From a bacterium (GTDB lineage: Bacteria > Actinomycetota > Coriobacteriia > Coriobacteriales > Atopobiaceae), in NCBI GenBank assembly GCA_963605405.1, contig CAVCUP010000011.1, positions 11,270 to 75,269 of the forward strand: DNA of 64,000 bases. The letters run 5' to 3'. Position numbers and translations under genes: made by a program. Positions 9,235 to 18,149 of the stretch are shown here, piece after piece (position 1 is the first letter of the stretch; every line of letters starts with the position of its first letter). Under the pieces are notes generated by a model. The model had not been told where the DNA came from. It did no database searches and saw only the letters and a program-made list of their open reading frames with translations.

Positions 9235-10560
9235 TTACTTCTTGCTGCTTTGCTTCTTGCCGTCGTCGGACATGCCCTCGAGGGCGTCCGCCGCGCGGCT
9301 CAGCTGCTTCTTGCCTTGTTCAATATACTTCTGGGCCTCGACCTTGGCCTGTGCCTTCTTTCGGCGGACCTCCTCGGCCGCCTTGTCGGGCACCACGAGC
9401 TCGCGGACGTCCATGGGCTCCATGGTAAGCGCCCCCTCATCGCAAACGGCCACACAGGCGGCGCAGCTCACGCAATACGAGGCGGCGATGGTCACGTGAC
9501 CGTTGACGTCCAGGTCGAGCGCGCGCGGCGTGCAGGCCTTCGCGCACTCGCCGCACATGGTGCAGCGGCTCATGTCGCACACGGGAACCTGCAGGTCGAC
9601 GTACTTGGCCAGGCCCTCGGCGTGCTGCAGCGCGCCCATCATGAGCTTGCGGTTCTGGGTGAGCATGCGCATGCGGTTGGTGGAGGTCTTCGCGCCGACG
9701 GCCGACTCGAGCTGGCGCTGAAGCTGGTCGAGGCGGGTGGCATGGGCCTGAATCTTGTTCGCGACGGCCTTTGCGCCGGCGAGGGCCGGGTTCGTGCGCG
9801 TGAGCAGGCGTTCCGCGGAGTGCACCGCCGAGCTCATGAACTGTGAGCGCTTGTACTCGCGCGTGAACTCGTGGGTCATCTCTGACTCGTCGGCCACGAG
9901 GCCAAGAGAGGCGCGCGCCCACTCCTCCGCCTGTCCGATGGCGTCGCAGTAGAACTCCTCGCCGGTCGTGGTCTTGCAGCGGTCACAGATGCCCACGGGC
10001 AGGTAGACGTTGATGTTGTCGTAGTCAGCGAGAAGCGAGAACCACAGGTCGCGGCTCACGGCGCCGACGCACCCCAGCACGACCTCGTTGTCCTTGGGCA
10101 GGCGCTTGAGCGCACGCGTGCAAGTGACGTAGCACTGCTCATAGGCCGAGGCCGCGCGGGCGATCTGGTCGTAGACCTGGCGCGGCATGTGACGACGCGT
10201 GCTGATGGTCTCCGTCGGGCAGGCAGCGGCGCAGAGCCCGCACTTGCGGCAACCCTCGCCTATGAGCACCGACTGGTTATGGATGGTGATGGCGTCTACC
10301 GGGCACACGTCGATGCAGCGCGAGCAGGTGGCCTCGTTGCCCGACGCGGTGCGCAGGCAGCGGTTGGAGTTCGCGTACGGCTTCTCTTTGTAGTCGGCAG
10401 GGTTAAAGACCTTTCGCTGGCTCGGATCCATCGCCAGCGAGTCGGCGATGTCGCCGAACGGGTTCGAGAGCGCCTGCCAGTCGCTCTGGATGTCGATCAA
10501 ATCGTCGAGAAAATCCCTCTTCTGAGCCACTGCCACACCTCTCCCTCTCGTATGCAGCAA
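9235..10560 (-). CDS. 4Fe-4S dicluster domain-containing protein
   Basis: It has four CxxCxxCxxxC(P) motifs: CSRCIDVCP, CRKCGLCAAACP, CTMCGECAKAC and CVSCAACVAVC. The exact start is uncertain. Confidence 0.75.
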   Translation of the reverse strand: MLHTRGRGVAVAQKRDFLDDLIDIQSDWQALSNPFGDIADSLAMDPSQRKVFNPADYKEKPYANSNRCLRTASGNEATCSRCIDVCPVDAITIHNQSVLIGEGCRKCGLCAAACPTETISTRRHMPRQVYDQIARAASAYEQCYVTCTRALKRLPKDNEVVLGCVGAVSRDLWFSLLADYDNINVYLPVGICDRCKTTTGEEFYCDAIGQAEEWARASLGLVADESEMTHEFTREYKRSQFMSSAVHSAERLLTRTNPALAGAKAVANKIQAHATRLDQLQRQLESAVGAKTSTNRMRMLTQNRKLMMGALQHAEGLAKYVDLQVPVCDMSRCTMCGECAKACTPRALDLDVNGHVTIAASYCVSCAACVAVCDEGALTMEPMDVRELVVPDKAAEEVRRKKAQAKVEAQKYIEQGKKQLSRAADALEGMSDDGKKQSSKK

Positions 10561-10682
10561 TGCTCCATTCTACCCCAGCGCCGCCAGCGGAATCATGACG
10601 TCTACCGCAAACGTGTCCTCACACGTCGAAAGCGAGAAGTAACCGCCTGAGGCAACCCCTCCCCTACCACCCGCGCAACAGC

Positions 10683-10721
10683 AAAGCGCCGCCCCTGACG
10701 GAAGTCTGGGGCGGCGCTTTT
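10683..10721 (-). terminator. Intrinsic terminator after the giant surface-protein gene
   Basis: AGCGCCGCCCC/GGGGCGGCGCT arms at 10685..10695 and 10708..10718, flanked by A/T runs on both sides. Confidence 0.65.
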
Positions 10722-10778
10722 GGGTCGTGCCGAATCGCGCGGGGTCGTACCGGGTCGTGCTAAGCCGTGCGGGACGCG

Positions 10779-13700
10779 CTATTCAATGTCCTTGTTGAAG
10801 CGGCGGATATCGATGGACTCGTTCTGGCTACCGGAGTAGCTGTCGGAGTCCTCGACCTGCTGCGAGTACCAGTTGGGCTGGTATCCCATGGAGGCCGAGG
10901 AGAAGAGCGCGCCGCGGCCATTCTGGGTGATGTTGAGCGTGCCGAAAGCGTAGTACTCAAGCCTGACGCACGAGGGGACATTCGCGAAGGTAAGAATGCT
11001 GTGCATCGCCGCGGTGGGATTTTGAATCTCAATCGCGTAAAGCAGCTGGTTCTCGATGATGTCGCCCGTCTTAAGGTTAAAGACCGTTCCGTAGCGCCAG
11101 GCGATTTGGGACTCAAACTCGCTGCCGAACTTGTTGCCGCCCCACTTGGAATTGCGCGTCTTGAGGTCGCTCACCGAGAGAACAATGTAGTCCTCGGGGT
11201 TCGAGATCTTGTTGCCAAGGCTCACGCTCGAGATGAGACGATCGGAACTCGAGCTGAGCTCCTGCGCGTACTGCTGGCGGATCGTCTTCTTGACCTTCCA
11301 GAAGAATATGGTCTTCGTCTCGTGGAAGTAGACTTTGTAGCCATAGTCGGACAGGAAGTAGTTCCAGTTGAGCGCGTTGTCGGAGTAGCGGTCCACCTCG
11401 TCGGTGGGGTTCTGGTCGCTGGCCAGGACGGTTGCCCACAGCTCGGTGGTGTCGCCGTTGTGCGACCAAAGTTCGGGGTTTACACCGCCGCCGCCAAGGA
11501 TCTTCCATTCCCTGTCTAGCAGGGTCGAGGTATCAACCGTGAGCAGCTGCTTTTTGAACTTAACGTTGGGCTGCTGCGACTTGAAGCCAACTGCCTCCAT
11601 TTCCTCGGCGATGTTCTGGACCGCGCGCGTGGTGGTGGTCCCGTCGTCGTTCGTGACCGTGATGATCGGGCGCATCGACTCGGGCAGGGCGTTAAGGCGA
11701 TCGGTCATCCTCTTGAGCTCGTTCTTCGAGAAGGAGCACTGAGGCTTCCATGAGTTGCTCAGGTCAGCAGTGTTGCCGCTGAGATAAGCGCGCCCGAAGC
11801 AGCTCTCGTCATAGGCCGCCGCAAGCGCGTACATGCCCTTTGCGTAAGAGACCGGGTTGGCCGAGTCGCTCGAGAGGAAGGTGACCGAGGTGTACTCGCT
11901 GTCGGTCGCGGCCGTCATGTACTTAGAAGGCGTGAAGTAGTGCTCCTGCACGATCTCGTCGTAGGTCTTTCCGGGGTTTGCGGCAAGGAGCTTCTGAATG
12001 TCGACGTCCTTAACCGAGATGGACCCATCGGCAGTGGTCTTGGTCTCGCCGGGGTAGTCCTCCTTCAGCTGGTCCCAATCGACCTGGCCATAGAGCACCG
12101 CGGTGATGTCGTTGGAGTAGCTCTGGAGCTCGGCCATCTGGAAGCTCATGATGCCCTGGCGCTCGCCTTCTTCGGCCTCGTAAAGCTGAACGGCCAAATC
12201 GGCACTGTAGAGCGCGTAAGCGTTGTTGTACATGATCATCAAGCTCGCGAGGAAGGCGCGCTTGGCGGCCTTGGTCTCGACATCCCAGTTGTACTTCGTG
12301 TTGACGTACTCGCTATAGATGTCGAGCATGTTCTCGGTCACGGCGTCGCCGGGAACCAAAACGTTGTGCAGCGCGGTGTACGCCCCGCCGATACCGCCCG
12401 CGAAACCCTTGTTGATGGCGTTCTTGTTGACGACCTTGAGGAAGTTCTTGAGGGCCTTGATAGCTTCCTCGGGCATGTGAGAGATCGTGGTGGCACGCGA
12501 GCACTTCGTCGTGGTCTTGTTGCCGGCGTCATCGAGCTCGTAGTAATTGCCCAGGACCTCGTCCATGCCCATGAAGATGTTGTTCGTGGTCGAGGAGCAC
12601 AAGAAGCTCTTGAGGTTCGTGTAGGTGTTTGCCTGCTGCTGCCAGTTAGTCTTGGCGCTCTGCTCGTCGAGCTTCACGTTGATGGTGTTGACCGTCGTAT
12701 CGACAGCCTCGAGCGTCTCGTTCATCTCGTCGAGCTTGTCCATCACGTCGTTGACGGTGTACTGGTTGCCATCCTGCGTAAGCTCCATGATAAAAGAGCC
12801 GACAAAACCGGCGATGGTGAAGGCCGCGGTCGCGACGTTGAAGAGGCTGGGGCCGAGAACCATCACGAGGTTGATGGCGTGGTTGATGCCGAGGCCCGTA
12901 GTCACGGCGCTGCTGAGGACCGACTTCACCCTCGAGTCCGATTTGGAGTCGCTTGAGGTCTTGCGGTAAATCAGTTGCATAGACCTTGCGTTAAGCTCGG
13001 CATCGGCAGAGACCGCCGGGGTCATAGCGACGGCCGTGACGGGAACCCCACCGACGGCGACAACGGGGGTCCAGTTGATTCCGTGGCACACGACCACGCC
13101 GGGCGTGAAGGCGACGACGCCCGAGACGGGCTCGTCGTCGGAGGCAAGGGCGACGGCATCGTTGCCGGCCGCAGACTCGTCGTCGGCCGAGAGGCTCGCG
13201 ATGCTGGCCTCGCTCGCGGCGCCGGAATCGGACTCGTCTTCGCTGACCGCCGCCGAATAGGACTCGCCGTCGAAGAGGGGCAGATCGACACCTTCCTCCG
13301 GCACGCCGAAGGCGTTGGTCGAGCCGTTGCTCATGTACACCTTGAGGTTGCTCACGTACGAGTACATGGCCTTGAGGATGTCGATCGCGGCGGACTTCTT
13401 CTCATCGTTATAGCTCACGCCCATAAGCTGCGCGTCGCTATTGAGCTGGTCGTTGCTGACGGTGAGCACCATCTGAAACACGTCGTCATCGGCGCTGCAC
13501 GGCGTGACCTCGATGTCGGCGGCAGCAGACTCGACGGACTCGGCGGACTCGTTGCCGTCCTCGTCGGTAACGATGTCGGTCGAGATGCGATAAGCCGAGA
13601 AGGTCGTGGTGTCGAGAAGATCGACGTCTCCGACCTCGGTCTCGCCCTCCGCCTCCTGGCTGGAGCGCAGGCCGGCGAGATAGGTGATCTTCGTCTCCTT

Positions 13701-15455
13701 CTCGCCCACCTCGACATTGCCGGTGTACACGAAGGCCACGGGGCTCGAATCGGCGTACGCGAAGGCCTCCTCGGCGCTCGTGTCAGACGACGCGCCCTGG
13801 GGATAGACCACGGTGTCCTGATAGGTCGACGTGATCCCCGCGTCAAAGCGCAGGCCGCCGACGAGGGCCTGGGTAAGCTCCTCGTACGCGGCGTAGCCCG
13901 TCTCGTCATTGACCTTAAAGGTGATCCAGGTGTAGCCGAGGTCTCTGTTGCACGCCTCGATGGTGATGTTGCCGCCGGAAACGAGGTGGATGCCCTTGAT
14001 AATGTCCTCGTCGGTGAACCAGCGGTACATCACGCCGTCGATATCGAACTCATCGCCCGTGGCGTACTGGGCGAAGTCGGAGTCGACAGGAACGGGCATG
14101 GCGACCTCGACGCTGTCAAGATCAACAGGGACGCTAAAGCGGTTGGTGCCGTCGAAGTAAGCGCCGTTGTCGAAGGTGTGCTTGAGCACGTCCTCGCCCA
14201 TCGGGGCGTCGGAGGTCACCTGCACGATGGAGCCGGACGGCGAGGAGTAGCTCACGCACGCGACGCCGTAAGCCTGCTCCTGGTCGGTAAAGGGCTGGTT
14301 GATGAGCTCGATGTAGCCAAGGTCGCTACTGTCCTCGACCGCCACGCCCTCGGGAATGTTGTCGACAATGAAGTGCAGCTCGTAGTGGGTGCGCTCAGCA
14401 ATGGTGGAGCCGCCCTCGCTGCCCTCGACCTTCACGGAATAGGCGCCCTCGCGCACAGTCGCGCCCTCAAGGCTGCCGGTAAGGGCGATCTTGGACTCGT
14501 CGAAGGTGCTGAACTCGCCCGCGTTCTCGGACGCGCCCTCGTAAGCGACCTCAGAGAGCACGGTGGTGTTGACGCTGCTCGCGCCAACTGGGAACGAGCG
14601 CTTGAGCTCGAGGTTCACGACGCCGGGGGCGGTATCGCTCGAGGCGTTGCAAGAGACGGACGCCTCGATAGAGAGCTTCTCGCCGCGGACGTCGGCCTCG
14701 ACGGTCTTGGTCAAGGTAAGGGGAGACGAGTCGTCCTCGTCGTCAGTCTCGTCGTCGGTCTCGGTCGCCTCGGTGCCGTTGACCTCGTCGGCCATGACCT
14801 TGAGGGCGCTCGAGGGGAGCATGTTGAGGACGAGAAGGGCCGCGAGGATGAGGCTCAGGGTCGCCTTGAAGCGCAGCTTCTTGGCGCCGTAAAGGGCCGC
14901 GGCGGCGAGAATGACGGCAATGGCGACGGCCGCGATGGTCGCCGAGTTATCACCGGTGCTGGGGATCTTGCCGGAGGTCTTGGTACCGTTGGTACCGTTG
15001 GTGCCGTTGGTACCGTTGGTGCCGTTGGTGCCGTTGGTACCGTTGGTGCCGTTGGTGCCCGCGTCGGCAGCGCCCGAGTCGCTCGCCTTCTTGGCGAGAA
15101 GGGCCGTCGTGCTCACCGACTCGCCGTCGGCGGTCTCGGCGCCCTCCGAGGTCTCGGAGCCGCCCACAAGTGTCCAGCCGTCGGGGGTCTTGAACGAGAC
15201 CTTGTGGTCCACAAGGTCTATGCCGACCTTGTTGGTGCCCGTGACGGTGATCTGAACCTGGTCGTCCGCCACGCCTTCGGTCGAGGCAGTGACGTCCAGC
15301 GTCAGGTACTCGAACGGGTCGATCTCGGTCTCGGTCTCATCTGCCAGGGCCGTGCCAGGCACAAACGCCAGCACCAGCGCAAAGATCGCCAGAAGCGACC
15401 CCAGCAGCATCCCGGTGCGCTTAGCCACCGGGCGCTCGTTGAGCATAGCTGCCAC
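10779..15455 (-). CDS. Giant (1558 aa) secreted surface protein. An N-terminal sortase-anchored module is fused in frame to a second signal peptide and a ~1330-aa orphan domain.
   Basis: Signal peptide MLLGSLLAIFALVLAFVPGTALA-DE, then an (NGT)8 repeat. A sorting signal follows: IPSTG + hydrophobic segment + KKLRFK at about aa 164-197. Then comes a second signal-peptide-like segment, ATLSLILAALLVLNMLPSSALKVMA-DE. I do not recognise any family in the rest of the protein. Confidence 0.7.
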   Translation of the reverse strand: MAAMLNERPVAKRTGMLLGSLLAIFALVLAFVPGTALADETETEIDPFEYLTLDVTASTEGVADDQVQITVTGTNKVGIDLVDHKVSFKTPDGWTLVGGSETSEGAETADGESVSTTALLAKKASDSGAADAGTNGTNGTNGTNGTNGTNGTNGTNGTKTSGKIPSTGDNSATIAAVAIAVILAAAALYGAKKLRFKATLSLILAALLVLNMLPSSALKVMADEVNGTEATETDDETDDEDDSSPLTLTKTVEADVRGEKLSIEASVSCNASSDTAPGVVNLELKRSFPVGASSVNTTVLSEVAYEGASENAGEFSTFDESKIALTGSLEGATVREGAYSVKVEGSEGGSTIAERTHYELHFIVDNIPEGVAVEDSSDLGYIELINQPFTDQEQAYGVACVSYSSPSGSIVQVTSDAPMGEDVLKHTFDNGAYFDGTNRFSVPVDLDSVEVAMPVPVDSDFAQYATGDEFDIDGVMYRWFTDEDIIKGIHLVSGGNITIEACNRDLGYTWITFKVNDETGYAAYEELTQALVGGLRFDAGITSTYQDTVVYPQGASSDTSAEEAFAYADSSPVAFVYTGNVEVGEKETKITYLAGLRSSQEAEGETEVGDVDLLDTTTFSAYRISTDIVTDEDGNESAESVESAAADIEVTPCSADDDVFQMVLTVSNDQLNSDAQLMGVSYNDEKKSAAIDILKAMYSYVSNLKVYMSNGSTNAFGVPEEGVDLPLFDGESYSAAVSEDESDSGAASEASIASLSADDESAAGNDAVALASDDEPVSGVVAFTPGVVVCHGINWTPVVAVGGVPVTAVAMTPAVSADAELNARSMQLIYRKTSSDSKSDSRVKSVLSSAVTTGLGINHAINLVMVLGPSLFNVATAAFTIAGFVGSFIMELTQDGNQYTVNDVMDKLDEMNETLEAVDTTVNTINVKLDEQSAKTNWQQQANTYTNLKSFLCSSTTNNIFMGMDEVLGNYYELDDAGNKTTTKCSRATTISHMPEEAIKALKNFLKVVNKNAINKGFAGGIGGAYTALHNVLVPGDAVTENMLDIYSEYVNTKYNWDVETKAAKRAFLASLMIMYNNAYALYSADLAVQLYEAEEGERQGIMSFQMAELQSYSNDITAVLYGQVDWDQLKEDYPGETKTTADGSISVKDVDIQKLLAANPGKTYDEIVQEHYFTPSKYMTAATDSEYTSVTFLSSDSANPVSYAKGMYALAAAYDESCFGRAYLSGNTADLSNSWKPQCSFSKNELKRMTDRLNALPESMRPIITVTNDDGTTTTRAVQNIAEEMEAVGFKSQQPNVKFKKQLLTVDTSTLLDREWKILGGGGVNPELWSHNGDTTELWATVLASDQNPTDEVDRYSDNALNWNYFLSDYGYKVYFHETKTIFFWKVKKTIRQQYAQELSSSSDRLISSVSLGNKISNPEDYIVLSVSDLKTRNSKWGGNKFGSEFESQIAWRYGTVFNLKTGDIIENQLLYAIEIQNPTAAMHSILTFANVPSCVRLEYYAFGTLNITQNGRGALFSSASMGYQPNWYSQQVEDSDSYSGSQNESIDIRRFNKDIE
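14982..15059 (-). repeat. 9-nt tandem repeat (GGT[A/G]CCGTT, 8 full copies plus a partial one) encoding (NGT)n
   Basis: Read directly from the sequence. The only variation is at the third codon position (ACC/ACG... GGTACC vs GGTGCC). Confidence 0.95.
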
Positions 15456-15738
15456 AACATCTCCTCTCGCCTCACCGCCAGCAGCGGTGTCTAAATGATC
15501 AGCATTTTATTTTAGGCCCTCTTCAAAACCCCATAAACAGACAGACCGTCTGTTTAAGCACCTCTTGCAGCCCAGACGCCAACCCGAGCGTTGCTTAGCG
15601 CTCTTTAGTTCTCTTTAGCATTACTTGGCCCTACTTAGCGAATCCCTGCGAGCCTGCGCACGATTCGGGGCACTCACAACCCGCCCCTCGCCTACCCCAG
15701 CGCCCCTGAGGTCTCGTTCGCCCTCCCGGCACAACAAA

Positions 15739-15824
15739 GCGCCGGCCCCGACCGGAGGTTTTCGTACAAAGTGCTTCTAAGCGCGAGGTCACTTTGTAGA
15801 AAATCCTCCGGACGGGGCCGGCGC
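15739..15824 (-). terminator. groEL terminator: 20-bp outer stem enclosing a second 9-bp hairpin
   Basis: GCGCCGGCCCCGACCGGAGG (15739..15758) pairs with CCTCCGGACGGGGCCGGCGC (15805..15824), with one mismatch. The inner hairpin is TACAAAGTG/CACTTTGTA. The minus strand continues with UUUGUUGUG. Confidence 0.6.
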
Positions 15825-15857
15825 GATGGGTCGATCTAGGCGAGCGAGGCTTTAGGC

Positions 15858-17570
<1,713 letters not shown>

Positions 17571-17861
17571 CTAGTCCTCGATGACGGCGTAGATGTCGTC
17601 GGCGCGAAGAAGCAGGAAGTCCTCGCCGTCGACCTTGACCTCGTTGCCGCCGAACTTGCCGTAGTAGACCTGGTCGCCGACCTTGACGTCGATGGCGACG
17701 CGCTCGCCCTTATCGTTGACCTTGCCGGCGCCCACGGCGACGACCTCGCCGCGCTGGGGCTTCTCCTGCGCGCCGCTGGAGATGTAGAGGCCGCTGGAGG
17801 TCTTCTCCTCCTTGGGAGCGGGCTTGACGAGAACGCGATCGCCGAGAGGCTTAAGAGTCAT
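17571..17861 (-). CDS. groES: Co-chaperonin GroES
   Basis: 96 aa. MTLKPLGDRVLVKP... It lies 72 nt upstream of groEL. Confidence 0.98.
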   Translation of the reverse strand: MTLKPLGDRVLVKPAPKEEKTSSGLYISSGAQEKPQRGEVVAVGAGKVNDKGERVAIDVKVGDQVYYGKFGGNEVKVDGEDFLLLRADDIYAVIED

Positions 17862-18149
17862 GATGTTTCCTCCTTCTGGGGTGCGTCCGGGCTCGAATCC
17901 GGCCGGGCGCTTTGTCCAACGGTCTGAATAATACCCAGTGCGCCGGGGTTATACATCGCGAATTGAAAAAATCTCACACGCGGCACTTAGATTTTGTGAT
18001 GCCGCAAAGGATAGGGCCTTTGCGGAAAACCGTCGTCAGCCGCAGCGACGCCCATTTAGAACAGTTGCCGGCCCCGGGCTTATGCCCGTGCTAGCTTAAA
18101 CTCGAGGTGCAGAAGCACTCGGTCCTCGTCGAGTCGGGAGCGTGGTGAA

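Noticed and set aside
12975-15494. 839-aa plus-strand ORF opposite the giant surface-protein gene
   Set aside because: It is a shadow ORF with G/V/A/R/D/L-rich composition and no signal or motifs. The minus-strand frame has signal peptides, a sorting signal and coherent repeats.
17886-17912. tRNA-like T-arm string GGGCTCGAATCCGGCCGGG
   Set aside because: There is no 5-bp T-stem, no GTTCGAAT loop consensus, and no acceptor, D or anticodon arms around it. It is not a tRNA.
18112-18139. Possible CIRCE (HrcA operator) element, GAAGCACTC-N10-GAGTCGGGA, near the groES upstream region
   Set aside because: Only about 7/9 and 5/9 matches to TTAGCACTC-N9-GAGTGCTAA, and the spacer length is wrong. It lies about 250 nt from the groES start and next to the LuxR-type ORF instead. 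I found no canonical CIRCE in 17862..18149. The inverted repeat AAAATCT-N15-AGATTTT at 17967..17995 is the only other candidate, and it is unsupported.
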